From the NCBI GenBank assembly GCA_963788655.1, contig CAWBHS010000078.1:73583-137582 (forward strand): a stretch of DNA of 64,000 bases, in the 5' to 3' direction. This stretch comes from an uncultured Verrucomicrobiae bacterium (lineage in GTDB: Bacteria > Verrucomicrobiota > Verrucomicrobiia > Limisphaerales > JAFGQR01). A model generated the notes under the pieces. That model worked only from the letters and a program-made list of their open reading frames with translations. It was not told where the DNA came from and did not search any database. The position numbers and the translations under genes were made by a program. The first letter of the stretch is position 1. Every line of letters starts with the position of its first letter. Below are positions 8,901 to 19,253 of the stretch, piece by piece.

Positions 8901-11066
8901 TTATCTCACTTCGTGACGGATTTGGAACTGCCCGCTATCTCTTCGGACCAAATGGCTGATCTTCGCATCGACAGCGACGCCCGCCACCATCGTCTTCATA
9001 CCGGCAGGATTCGCCACCAGGATCTGCTCGCCATGCGCCGTCTTGATGCGTACGGCCGCGACACCAATTTGCTTACCCGACGAGGTGTTCGGCAGTTCCA
9101 CCGGTTCGGCGGTCAATCCCAGCGGTTCGTCTGGCGATGCCAAGGAAACGTTCCACAAATAGGTCGTTTCGTTGGTTTTGCGGCGGGCAATGACCAACGG
9201 GACGCGGTCTTCGGTGTGATGCCCAACGCCGGTACCAATAAGGAAGGTGGTCGGCTGCCCGGACGCCATCGCCCAGCGCACTGACGGGCCGTCACGGTTC
9301 CCGAAAACGAGTTGAAGTCCACGCTCCGTACCGAGGGATTTCACATCTCGCAAATACGAGTATCCGGGCTTCTTCGGCAGTTCGAATGCCTGGGCGCCTT
9401 CTGGCGATTGCGCCAGCTTTCCCAAGTTATGATACGCGAGATCAAAGGTGTGTTCCTTGTCGGCGGTAATCTGATCCAGGAAGACCAACAGTTTGTCGTT
9501 TATCAGCGCCACCGTGCGCGTGAATCGGACTCCAGGATAAATCTTCCCCGCGTCAGCCATCACGGCGCTGAAGCCGTCCGCGGCAAGGAACGCTTCGCAC
9601 TTGCCCGCGGCAGCTTTTTGCGAGGATTCGTCCATCGTGAGCGTGTTGTGGGCAATCGTGGTGCGATACCAACCACGCTGAATGGGCACCCCATAATTGG
9701 CCGTGCCCGGATCGGGCGCCAGAATTTGCCCGCGCCCATACAACACAAACCCCAGTTTGTCCGGGTGACCGTGACCGCCGCCGTGGGGACCGTAATCGAG
9801 ACAAAACCATGTCGCCTGCTTGCCGTCACCCGCCGCCAAAATGGCATAACCCGAAGCCGGAAAATTGCGACTGAACGGTACAAAACTGGGGGCCGGTCCC
9901 TGGATGGGAACGCCGTGCAACAAGGCCGCATCGGTCTGGCGACTGCCGCGGTCGAGCACCAACCGGTAACGCTCGTCGTGATACCGTGCATAGGCCGTTT
10001 CATAAAGACCGGCACTGCGGGTCAGCGAAACTTCATGCGAGTCATTGAACGCCGGCAATTCCAAGTCCGGCATGGCCATGGCCAACGGCGCGTCAAACAT
10101 GCCTTTGAATTCCGGGCCGTACAAATTGATGCCGCAATGGAAGGCGCCTTCGGTCAGATGCGTCACCGCCGACACGGTGTAGAAGTGGTAGCCCCAGGCG
10201 CCTTCGTACCACGCGCCGTCGGGTGTGATCCCTTTGGCCATCTGGTTCAAGTAACCGGAGGGACCGTTCAGCGCTTCGTCCACGAGTTTCATGTCGCCGA
10301 TGAGCAACCCTGTCAATCCGACGGCGGAATTCTTCCAGCATTGGATATTGTGAATGCCCAGCTTGTGGCGGCGAATGACGTCCGTGGCGGGATAAAGCAA
10401 TCCTTCCTTCACTTGTTGTTGCTCCGCGGCCGATAGCGTGTCCCAAAAACAATCCGCTCCCTCGACCACGTCAATCAACCAGGTGGACTCGTCGAGGGTT
10501 TGCGGTCCAACTTTGCCGCCGCCGGTCTTGGCCTCGCCCTTGGTGTTGTGCAACGGGTAGCTTTGGTATTGGGCCGCATAAGCCAGCAGGATTTCCCGGC
10601 CCTTGGCGGCGTAGCGCGCGTCGTGGGTCAGTTGATAAACAATTCCCAGCACTCGAATGGCCTCGGACAGGCGGTCGTGTTGGACACTGATGACCACGTC
10701 GTCATACGGGTAGCCGGTGAACACTTCGCCGTCCACTGGACACACATGGCGAGTGGGGCTTTCAGTGCGCAGGCGTGCGCCATGTTTCGGGCACGAGTAG
10801 TAGTGATACCATTGCCCGCCGCGATCCGGCAGAGTTACTTCGCGTTTGCGCCAGCCGTCCGCCTTGGCTTTGAGCGAGGCGAACCGGGCTTTGGCCCACG
10901 GCTGAGCCGCGATGCGTTCCTGGATGGCCGGAAGATCTTTGGCGGTGAATAACAGCCGTGGATGCGGCGGCAACTCGGCCGGGAGTTGGACGGCCCCGGA
11001 CAACATCATCGGCGTCAAGATGGCGGCAAGCGTGCCCAATCCATTCAACATTGAAAAACTGATCAT
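8901..11066 (-). CDS. Heparinase II/III family, PL17-like oligo-alginate lyase-type polysaccharide lyase
   Basis: HPRLLF, QTLDES, HNIQCW, EGAWGYHFY, DYGPHGGGHGHPDKL, TIAHNT; N-terminal signal-like segment. Confidence 0.85.
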   Translation of the reverse strand: MISFSMLNGLGTLAAILTPMMLSGAVQLPAELPPHPRLLFTAKDLPAIQERIAAQPWAKARFASLKAKADGWRKREVTLPDRGGQWYHYYSCPKHGARLRTESPTRHVCPVDGEVFTGYPYDDVVISVQHDRLSEAIRVLGIVYQLTHDARYAAKGREILLAYAAQYQSYPLHNTKGEAKTGGGKVGPQTLDESTWLIDVVEGADCFWDTLSAAEQQQVKEGLLYPATDVIRRHKLGIHNIQCWKNSAVGLTGLLIGDMKLVDEALNGPSGYLNQMAKGITPDGAWYEGAWGYHFYTVSAVTHLTEGAFHCGINLYGPEFKGMFDAPLAMAMPDLELPAFNDSHEVSLTRSAGLYETAYARYHDERYRLVLDRGSRQTDAALLHGVPIQGPAPSFVPFSRNFPASGYAILAAGDGKQATWFCLDYGPHGGGHGHPDKLGFVLYGRGQILAPDPGTANYGVPIQRGWYRTTIAHNTLTMDESSQKAAAGKCEAFLAADGFSAVMADAGKIYPGVRFTRTVALINDKLLVFLDQITADKEHTFDLAYHNLGKLAQSPEGAQAFELPKKPGYSYLRDVKSLGTERGLQLVFGNRDGPSVRWAMASGQPTTFLIGTGVGHHTEDRVPLVIARRKTNETTYLWNVSLASPDEPLGLTAEPVELPNTSSGKQIGVAAVRIKTAHGEQILVANPAGMKTMVAGVAVDAKISHLVRRDSGQFQIRHEVR

Positions 11067-11139
11067 AGATAAATGGACCGGATTGGGGAATGAAAATTCA
11101 AACGTTGTCTTTCACTCGCTGACCGTTATTGTCCTCCTC

Positions 11140-11922
11140 ATGAAACTGGTGCCACTCTTCGCTGTCGTTCTGTTCAGCCTCACGTCTTCTTCGATTTCCT
11201 TTGCCCAATCGGCATCGTCCAAAGACCGACTTCCACCGCTGCCTGATGGCCAGCAGTGGAAGCTTATCTGGCATGACGAATTCGACGGCGCCAAACTGGA
11301 CGAAACGAAATGGAACCGCCTGGGCGATTGGAAACGCCGGGATGGCTATTGGGTCAAGGACGACGCCTACCTCAGCGGCCAAGGCACCCTGCTGCTGCGC
11401 ACGCGGAAGGACGGCGACCGTTACACGTGCGGGGCCATCAGAACCCAGGGAAAGTTCGAGCACGCCTTTGGCTATTACGTCGCGCGCTGCAAAATGCCGA
11501 AGGAACCGGGGCATTGGCCGGCATTCTGGATGATGTGTCCGGGCGTCGGCAAAGTGGGCAACGGGGGCCGCGACGGCACGGAGATCGACGTTGTGGAGAT
11601 TCCCTGGCGCACCGGCAAAGTCACCTTCAACCTGCATTGGGATGGTTACGGCAAGGACCACCGGTCGGCCGGCACGAACACAACCATCGCCGCGTTAACC
11701 GAAGGCTTCCATGATTACGCGCTGCTCTGGACCCCGGAGGAATATTGCGTCTATGTGGACGGACAAGAAGTTTGGCGCACGAAAGCCGGCGGAGTCTCGC
11801 AGGTGCCGGAATACCTCAAGCTGACGGAGGAAATTGGCAAATGGGGCGGCGACATCACCAAAGCCCGACTGCCGGATTATTTCGAAGTCGATTACGTGCG
11901 GGTTTATGAAATGGTCCCGTAA
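11140..11922 (+). CDS. Glycoside hydrolase family 16
   Basis: Signal peptide MKLVPLFAVVLF, WKLIWHDEFDG, WPAFWM, catalytic EIDVVE, FEVDYVRVY. Confidence 0.9.
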   Translation: MKLVPLFAVVLFSLTSSSISFAQSASSKDRLPPLPDGQQWKLIWHDEFDGAKLDETKWNRLGDWKRRDGYWVKDDAYLSGQGTLLLRTRKDGDRYTCGAIRTQGKFEHAFGYYVARCKMPKEPGHWPAFWMMCPGVGKVGNGGRDGTEIDVVEIPWRTGKVTFNLHWDGYGKDHRSAGTNTTIAALTEGFHDYALLWTPEEYCVYVDGQEVWRTKAGGVSQVPEYLKLTEEIGKWGGDITKARLPDYFEVDYVRVYEMVP

Positions 11923-11966
11923 GGGACGAGAAATCGTTGGAACGAATTGAAGAGCGTTGTAGGAAA

Positions 11967-12227
11967 TTAACGACGATAAATCTCACGCCGATGTCCAAGC
12001 GTAACCAGCAAAAGCTCATTTCGCTCCACATTGAAAACGTAAATGATGCGGTAGTCCCCGATGCGCAAGCGAAACTCCGAACGGCCCTGCAATCGATGGT
12101 GGGGAAAATCTTCTAATCTGCGCCCCAGCTCCCGAATCCGATTTTCGATGTGGTATTGCACCGACGATGGCAGACCGAAGAAAATCGAATCAAACTCTTG
12201 GGAGTAAATTTCCGTAGCTTGGCTCAC
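11967..12227 (-). CDS. RelE/ParE family toxin
   Basis: 86 aa, FRLRIGDYRIIY...LGHRREIY. Confidence 0.9.
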   Translation of the reverse strand: MSQATEIYSQEFDSIFFGLPSSVQYHIENRIRELGRRLEDFPHHRLQGRSEFRLRIGDYRIIYVFNVERNELLLVTLGHRREIYRR

Positions 12228-12235
12228 TGAGGACG

Positions 12236-12421
12236 TCAGTTTCGGTGAACGCGCACCCGCCCCTCGCGCAAATCAGCTTGGCCACGTTCGATGCTGGCGA
12301 CGAATTCAGGGGTGAGTTCGGCCTCATCTTCGAGATAATCCGCAAGCCAATCCTGAAGTTTTACGGCTTCCTCCGGCGGCAACTTCCGGACCTCGGCTTC
12401 GATTGCTTCAAGCTTACTCAT
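12236..12421 (-). CDS. Putative antitoxin (addiction module)
   Basis: Small acidic protein MSKLEAIEAEVRKL...IERGQADLREGRV directly upstream of relE. Confidence 0.75.
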   Translation of the reverse strand: MSKLEAIEAEVRKLPPEEAVKLQDWLADYLEDEAELTPEFVASIERGQADLREGRVRVHRN

Positions 12422-12466
12422 TAGCGAACTATATTTGGACGAGATCGCTGGCGTCAAGACTCGCCT

Positions 12467-13583
12467 TCAGGACTGAACCCTGCCATCAGGCAACAAGGGC
12501 AACCGCACCGGCTTCCTCGTCCGGTAGCACCGTTGGATCGCGAAAACGACTTCGTGCGTCTGGATGGCGTCTTCAAGATTGCAGTGCGACTCCACGTCGC
12601 GTTGCAGGCATTGCACGAAGTGGTCCATCTGCGCTTGAAACGGATGATGGGAAACGTCGCTGGAATCCGGCGGCAATCGCTGAGAGAACCTTCCAGCTCT
12701 TCTGCCGGGGAAATTGGTGCGACCAAATCTGGTTGTCGATCACGGTGCCACGGTCGCCAAAGATCCGGATCGGGAAGCGATAAGGCATGACGCAGTCAAA
12801 ATTGACGCTGACCTTGCCCAGCACGCCGTTGGCAAATTTGACGAAAGCCATTTCCAGGCCGTCGTATTCCATCGGCGGCGTCCCATCGATGAACGTGTTG
12901 GTGAGCGGATTGTATTCGCGGTTGATTCCCTGGCGATAGCCTCCGGCCACGGCAAACACCTCGACGGGTTGCGCCGTTTCAAACTCTCCCGTAGCCGCGA
13001 ACCAACGCAGCGCATCAATGGCATGACAGCCGGCCACCAGCATGGCGCTGACTCCATTCTTCCGGGTGCAAGTGTCCGCCCATCCCGACCACCAACTGCC
13101 GTTGTGGCTCAGATAGTCGGCTTCGACACAGTAGGGTTGGCCGAAGGCGCCGGCGGCCAGCAGGGACTTGAGTTTGCGAAAGAGCGGATTCCAACGCAGA
13201 ACAAAACTCACCACCGTTTTCACGCCGGCTCGACGAACAGCGTCACGCATTCGGCGCAGCTCGACCAGAGAGATCCCCACCGGCTTCTCAATCACCAGGT
13301 GCTTGCCGGCTGCCGCTGCGGCGAGAACATTTGCGCAATGCACGTGCTGCGGCGTGCAGATCGAAACAATATCCACCCCCGGATGCCGCAGTGCTTGCGC
13401 CAGGTCGCCGTACGTTGACGCGTCGGGCAGGCCGGCTTCACGAGCCAACCGCCGGGCACTGGATTTGCGACGGCTGGAAACGGCTACAATCCGCGTGGCG
13501 GGATTGTTTTGAAACGCGGCGAGGTGTTGGCCAGCCACCCAACCGGCGCCGTGGATCAATACGCCAAAAATCGATTTTCTCAT
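12467..13583 (-). CDS. Gfo/Idh/MocA oxidoreductase (frameshift near 12670)
   Basis: IHGAGWVA, SICTPQHVH, LVIEKP, GCHAID. The C-terminus (HPFQAQMDHFVQC...) continues in ORF 12467..12676. Confidence 0.85.
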
Positions 13584-14599
13584 GAGGGCAATCTCAACAT
13601 GGCGTCCAGGTTTTCAAAAGGTGTTTCCATTGCCAAGGTGCAACCGGAACTCAACACAAACCGCCGATGGCCGGTCGCCGAAATCTGCGCGATGGCTTCT
13701 CTGGAGGCTGCGGTTACGGCTTGAAGTGTGCCTTGAGCCAATAATCCAACTGGATCCAGATTTCCCCAGATGGCGATGTCCGGTCCGATCACGCGGCCGG
13801 CTTCGGTCAAATCGACTTGCCAATCCAATTCCAACACGTCGGCGCCAGAGGAAGCCATGTCCTCCAGCAGCGGGGTGGTATCGCCACAAATGTGCAAGGA
13901 GACGGGCTTGCCCGTGGCGGCCTGGAGATCCGCGATGACGCGTTGCTCAAAAGGCAACGCTTTTTGGCGATAGGACTGCGGCCCGATCAGTCCCGCCGGT
14001 GAATCCCCGCCGCTCAGCAAGTCGGCGCCGGCCGCCGCCAAGGCTTTCCCGTAAGCTACGGCATACTCTGCTGATCGCACCATCAGCGCTTGCACCAACG
14101 GCGGATCGTCCGTGAGTTTCAACATGAGTTCCTGGATACCCATCAGCGCAGCCGCCAGGGAGAATGGGTATTGGTCGAAACAGGCGACGATAAAGACTTC
14201 ACTCCCCAGCTCCCGGACAAGGTGCGACAAGGCTTCAAGCATCAGCGGGTAACGTCCCTGCCGAGTGACGTCGGGTGGCGGGAGGCGGTCAATGTCCGAA
14301 GGCCGTTGCACCACGGGCGGCCCAAGACCGCCAAACGGCTGGTTGTCACTGGTCGCCCCGACGCGGGCGCCCACGGCTTCGGCGCTGACCCACGTGTCCG
14401 CAGACAACCAAACCGCATCCGGCCGGAACCGTTCGTAGTATCGCAGGACGCAATCGGCGAGTGTCCGAGCGTTGGTGGAATACTCCCGCAACGTTTTCCC
14501 AGCCACGCGCGCACAAAAATGAACGGCCAATGGGCCGGTGGCAACACGCGGGATCCCCTGCCCTTGCAACGCGGCACTGACCAATTGCCTCGAGTTCAT
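13580..14599 (-). CDS. Uroporphyrinogen decarboxylase superfamily (MtaA/CmuA-like) protein
   Basis: PFSLAA, LHICG, IWGNLDP, FVLSSGC motifs of the URO-D/MT2 family. Confidence 0.85.
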   Translation of the reverse strand: MNSRQLVSAALQGQGIPRVATGPLAVHFCARVAGKTLREYSTNARTLADCVLRYYERFRPDAVWLSADTWVSAEAVGARVGATSDNQPFGGLGPPVVQRPSDIDRLPPPDVTRQGRYPLMLEALSHLVRELGSEVFIVACFDQYPFSLAAALMGIQELMLKLTDDPPLVQALMVRSAEYAVAYGKALAAAGADLLSGGDSPAGLIGPQSYRQKALPFEQRVIADLQAATGKPVSLHICGDTTPLLEDMASSGADVLELDWQVDLTEAGRVIGPDIAIWGNLDPVGLLAQGTLQAVTAASREAIAQISATGHRRFVLSSGCTLAMETPFENLDAMLRLPS

Positions 14600-16090
14600 G
14601 GAAGAGACATCGCTCGATCAACTGGCCTGGGTTGTTCTGGGGCGCGGTTCCAGGTTCGTTCGATTTCTTCCAAGCTTCGTCCCTTGGTTTCGGGCACGAA
14701 CTTCCAAAAGAACACGGTAGCCACCAGACAAATCCCCGCCGCGGTCAGAAAACTGGCGTGCATGCCCAACGCGGCCGCATACCAAGGGGAAAAGCAACGC
14801 GCTGGCGGTGTTGGTGCTCCAATTGGCAAAGGTGGCGATGGAAACCGCCCGGCCGCGGACACGATTCGGAAAGATCTCGGGCGTCAATACCCAGATCACG
14901 GCGCAGATTGACAACGCGATACACGCCATATAGACGCAGATACTGATCCCGATCCAGAGCCCAACTGTCTTGGAGACAACGACGGCCTCGCCGGCCCCTT
15001 GAACGCCCGTAAGAAACAGGGCGCCGATCACTCCCAGCGCCACGGTGACCACGGCCATCCCACCAATCAACAACGGCCGCCGTCCCCAGCGGTCAATCAC
15101 GAGCAAGGCCAGGATCGTGAATATCAAATTGATGAGTCCAAACCCCACCTGGCTCAACAATGCCGCCAAGTCCTGAAAGCCCGCCGCCATGAGGATTTTC
15201 GGGCCGTAATAGACGACGATGTTGACGCCGGACAATTGCCCAAACACGGAAAGCATCACGCCCACCAACAAGGCTGTGCGCAGACCGGGACGCAGCAGTT
15301 CCCGAATGGAACCTTCCTCGCGAGCCAGCGCGGCTTTGATCTCCGCAGCTTCCCGTTGGGCGACCTCCGGTCCACTGATGCGCGTGAGAATGTCGAGTCC
15401 CTCCTGCGAGCGTTCGGCTTTGATCAGCCAGCGCGGGCTTTCCGGCACGAGAAAGAGCAGCAGGAAGAACAAGACGCACGGCACCATTTCCGCGCCAAAC
15501 ATACCGCGCCAGTACTCACTGACGAACACCCGATGCAACCCCCCGCCGTCGCCGAACGCCCCGGCATGGTTCTGGGCAAACCATAGAATCAGCCAGTTGG
15601 ACAAATACGCCGCCAGAATGCCGATCACAATCGACAGTTGGTAGAACGCCACCAACCGCCCGCGCAATGACGGCGGCGCGAATTCAGTGATGTACATGGG
15701 GGCCAGCACCGAAGCCATACCCACCCCCACCCCGCCAATGATGCGCGCCACAATCAGTAGTTCGAAACTGGGCGGAATGGCGGAACCCAGCGCTGAGACA
15801 AAGAAGAAGACCGCCGAGACGATCAATAGCGGTTTGCGTCCGAAACGGTCTCCCAGAAATCCCGCAATGGCAGCGCCGACAATGCAGCCGACCAGCGCCG
15901 AACTGGTGAACCAGCCTTCCATCAAAGTGGTCAAGGCATACTGCTGTTTCACTCGCTCCACCGTGCCGGAGATGACTGCAGTATCAAAACCGAAGAGCAA
16001 ACCGCCGAGGGAAGCGACCAAACAAACCAACGGCAGGTACCAGCCACGGTGTCCGGCGGTCGCAATGGCCGGCGTGACAGATCGTGGCAT
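14596..16090 (-). CDS. Sugar porter MFS transporter (frameshift near 14790)
   Basis: GGLLFGFDTAVISG, DRFGRK, PESPRWL, QLSGVN, PEIFP. The PETKGRSLEEI tail is in ORF 14596..14862. Confidence 0.92.
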
Positions 16091-16104
16091 GTAATTGGAT
16101 CGAC

Positions 16105-17310
16105 TCACGGCTTCCGGTCCTTTCCGCCCTCCGCGGCGATTTGCTCTTCGAGCCGTTGCCAGCAATACCATTGCATGCGTGGCAGGTGAAACGGGCCTTT
16201 CCACATGTTCCCTTTAAGCCGCGTCGAAACGCTGCCGTCCCGGTGCAGATAGCCAAACCACTCGCCGTGCAACGGATCGGGAAAATGCGCGTAAGCCCAA
16301 TCGTGAACTGCCTGGTGCCAGCGAGCGTATTTGGCGTCCCCGGTCAGTTGCCAGGCAAGCAAGGTGCCGATAATGGCCTCGTTGTGCGGCCACCAGAATT
16401 TCATGTCATGCCAGTACTCGGTGGCTGGCCGGCCTTTGGCGTCAGCGTAGTACAGAATCCCGCCATGCTGCCGGTCCCAACCCAATTCGAACGACCAATC
16501 GAAAATAGTCGTACCCAGCTTCACCAGACGAGGATCGCCTTGGCGTTGGCGCGCTTCTTCGAGGATGAACCAACCAACTTCCATCGCATGCCCCGGGCAA
16601 ATCATGCGTCCCTCGAACGTATCCAGGAACTCTCCCTGTCCGCCGACCGTTTCCAGCAAGCAATGGAATTCCGGTTTCAGGAAATCGCGTTCTACCTCGC
16701 GGAGACATTGGTCGATCACCTCGGCGCAAAGCGGATCGTCGGTCGCCTTGCGGAGTTCCTGCGCGGTCGCCAGCAGAATCATGGGCATGGCCAATCCCTT
16801 GAGGGCGCGGGTTTCTGGGATGACTTTGGGCGGACACAAGCCCGGCGTGGAATGGTAACGCAGCACCAGCCGGAACAAATCAAGCGCTTGTTCGATGTAG
16901 CGCGTCTCCCCCGTAGCGCGTCCGTAGGCGGCCAGCGCAATGATGGCGAACGCTTCGGAAAACAAGTAGCGTCGTTTGCGCAACGGTTTTCCTTCGCAGG
17001 TCGTCCAAAAGAACATGCGCCCATCCGTATCGAAACAATGCCGGTTGATGAAGTCGATACCGGTTCGGGCGCCTTCGAGCCATTCGGCGCGTCGTTCCAC
17101 CGTGAGATAAAGAGTAGCCAACATCCAGGCAAAGCGGCCTTGGAACCAGACGGCCTTGTCCGTGCTTAGAATCGTGCCGTCCTGATCGAGCGCGGTGAAG
17201 TATCCCCCCTGGTCGTGGTCGATGGCGTGTGCCATCCAAAACGGCAGGGTGTCGCGCAGCAATCCGTCGCGGTAGATGGCCCGCAAGGAAATGAGACGTT
17301 GGAAAGTCAT
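16105..17310 (-). CDS. AGE family N-acylglucosamine 2-epimerase
   Basis: DKAVWFQGR, PGHAME, KFWWPHNE, GEWFGYL, KGPFHLPR. Confidence 0.92.
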   Translation of the reverse strand: MTFQRLISLRAIYRDGLLRDTLPFWMAHAIDHDQGGYFTALDQDGTILSTDKAVWFQGRFAWMLATLYLTVERRAEWLEGARTGIDFINRHCFDTDGRMFFWTTCEGKPLRKRRYLFSEAFAIIALAAYGRATGETRYIEQALDLFRLVLRYHSTPGLCPPKVIPETRALKGLAMPMILLATAQELRKATDDPLCAEVIDQCLREVERDFLKPEFHCLLETVGGQGEFLDTFEGRMICPGHAMEVGWFILEEARQRQGDPRLVKLGTTIFDWSFELGWDRQHGGILYYADAKGRPATEYWHDMKFWWPHNEAIIGTLLAWQLTGDAKYARWHQAVHDWAYAHFPDPLHGEWFGYLHRDGSVSTRLKGNMWKGPFHLPRMQWYCWQRLEEQIAAEGGKDRKP

Positions 17311-17389
17311 GGAAAATGGATTTGAAATGCTGGATTGTGCCTGGTTGTGGGGGTGACCTGCGGTAGGGATGGTGCCATTGCATTGGATG

Positions 17390-17537
17390 TCGCGCAGCGT
17401 TTGGAGTGCGTGAAGCTTTCTCCCGCTTTCGGTGGGCGGACGGGGTCAATTACTCCAGGCGGCGGCTTTGGCATTAGGGCACAACTGTTTCCTGCGAAAG
17501 CGCCGGCAAGCCGGGCGCACTCCAAACGCCGGCGCGA
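17390..17537. repeat. REP-like palindrome, family B, copy 1
   Basis: GCGTTTGGAGTGCG ... CGCACTCCAAACGC arms, also found at 19009 and 28151. Confidence 0.85.
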
Positions 17538-17668
17538 AGAATGACGAGTCCTTCCCCAATCGATGCCGACAAGAAAATGAATGTCCTGGTCAGACTGCAT
17601 CGGGCACTCCGCTTTGAGGCTCTTGCAGTTGCTGGCTTGAAAAACACCTTGGGAGTGGTCCTTTAACA

Positions 17669-18958
17669 TTACTTGGTTTCCTTCAGGTATCCGGTCGCTT
17701 CAAGAATCGAACGCCATTTGGCCGCCGTGCGGTCGAGCGCCGTCCGGGGCGTCAAATGGCCGGCGATGGTTTCCGCAATTTGGGTGTCAAGATAGTCGCA
17801 GAGTTCTTGCGAAGGCGGGATGCGGAACCGCGGTTCACTGTGCTCCAATCCTTTGAGCAGTTGCGGCAGATAAAACATCCGTGCCCGGCAGGCGGCATCC
17901 TGGTAGGTGGAAAGGCGCGGCGATCCTTTTCCGTATTGCAGAAACAACCGGCAGGTGTTGGTGGGATTGAGCTGGAACTGAATCCACTGAAAGGCCGCCT
18001 CCGGGTCGGGGCAGGCGCGATTGATGCCCAACGACCAGGCGCTCAGTTGCGGTTTCCCGCCGGGAATGACCGCCGCCGCAATTTGGCCGGAAACCTTGCA
18101 CAAATTGGTGTCCTGCATCTGCGCCCAAATCAGCGTGGGCCAGGTCAGATACATCGCGCCCTTCCCCTGGAGAAACAACGCGTTGGCCTCCTCGATCCCG
18201 AGCCGCTGCGAATGGGGCGGTGCGTAGCGGAACATCTCGACAAATAGTTTCAAGCTGCGCACGCCCGCTTCCGAATTCAGCGTCGGCTGCCACCGATCAT
18301 CGACCAGGCGCCCCCCCAGGCCGAAGAGAATGCCCGACCATACAGTGAAGTTCTGTTCCTTCAGGCCCATGATGACGTTGCCGTGCAGCGATTCCGTGTT
18401 CAGAAAACGGGCGATCTCCAGGTATTCATCCCACGTGCGGGGCGGCTCGAGTTGACGGCCCGTTTGGCGTTGGAACTCCTCCGCGCGGGCGGCGAATATA
18501 TCGGTTCGATAGAGCAGCGTGATCACGTCGCATGCCAGCGGCAAGGCCCTGGTGTGTCCTTGCCATTCCCCGGCGTTTTGGCGAACGGCGGAAATGAAAT
18601 CGGATGTCTTCACATCATGGCCGGCAAGGAAATCGTCCAACGGACGCAAGTGCGGCATGATTTCGCCGTCCCATTGCTGGGCGACCTGCATCACGTCGTA
18701 TAAGTCCGTGTCGTTCGCCAGGTCCGTGATTTCCTTCTCCCGCAGCGTAAGGTACGGGGCGGATACCACCTTGACGCGGATACCCGTTTGATGCTCGAAC
18801 TCCGTTGCTAGAGCTTGAGCCGCTTCGGCATAGATGCCGTTCATGTGGAAGGAAGTAATTTCGCGCTCCGGAACGGACAGCTGGCGTCCGCACCCGATAA
18901 GCAGCAACGAGCAAGCAAGTAACAACGCTGCCAAGTTTGGCTGGCGAATCAAAAACAT
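17669..18958 (-). CDS. Sugar ABC-type solute-binding lipoprotein
   Basis: Lipobox LLIGC, LLYRTDIF, PPRTWDEY, LFLQGKGAM. Confidence 0.88.
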   Translation of the reverse strand: MFLIRQPNLAALLLACSLLLIGCGRQLSVPEREITSFHMNGIYAEAAQALATEFEHQTGIRVKVVSAPYLTLREKEITDLANDTDLYDVMQVAQQWDGEIMPHLRPLDDFLAGHDVKTSDFISAVRQNAGEWQGHTRALPLACDVITLLYRTDIFAARAEEFQRQTGRQLEPPRTWDEYLEIARFLNTESLHGNVIMGLKEQNFTVWSGILFGLGGRLVDDRWQPTLNSEAGVRSLKLFVEMFRYAPPHSQRLGIEEANALFLQGKGAMYLTWPTLIWAQMQDTNLCKVSGQIAAAVIPGGKPQLSAWSLGINRACPDPEAAFQWIQFQLNPTNTCRLFLQYGKGSPRLSTYQDAACRARMFYLPQLLKGLEHSEPRFRIPPSQELCDYLDTQIAETIAGHLTPRTALDRTAAKWRSILEATGYLKETK

Positions 18959-19008
18959 CGTGGCAGCAAAGAAATGGTCAACATTGTGGTTGCTTTGATT
19001 TTAGCGTT

Positions 19009-19166
19009 CACCGTCGCGCAGCGTTTGGAGTGCGCGGAGCTTGCTCCCGCTTTCGTTTGATCCCACATGTTCCCAAAACCAACTCCACGTCCGCACACAT
19101 TGCCCGCCATGCTCCAGGCGAAAGCGCCGGCAAGCCAGGCGCACTCCAAACGCTGGCGCGACGGTG
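19009..19166. repeat. REP-like palindrome, family B, copy 2
   Basis: CACCGTCGCGCAGCGTTTGGAGTGCG ... CGCACTCCAAACGCTGGCGCGACGGTG. Confidence 0.88.
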
Positions 19167-19182
19167 GCACACCATTCCAATT

Positions 19183-19214
19183 GGGGCGGCAAGCGCTTAA
19201 AGCGCTTCCGCCCC
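19183..19214 (-). terminator. Hairpin downstream of the LamG gene
   Basis: GGGGCGG(C)AAGCGCT-TAA-AGCGCTTCCGCCCC stem-loop 40 bp after the stop codon. No clear U tract. Confidence 0.35.
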
Positions 19215-19253
19215 AGCCTTGGCAGATTCTTCCAGTGACGCAACCAAGAAACC

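Noticed and set aside
10912..11139. Long N-terminal extension of GH16 overlapping the lyase gene
   Set aside because: A signal peptide begins at the ATG at 11140, which removes the overlap.
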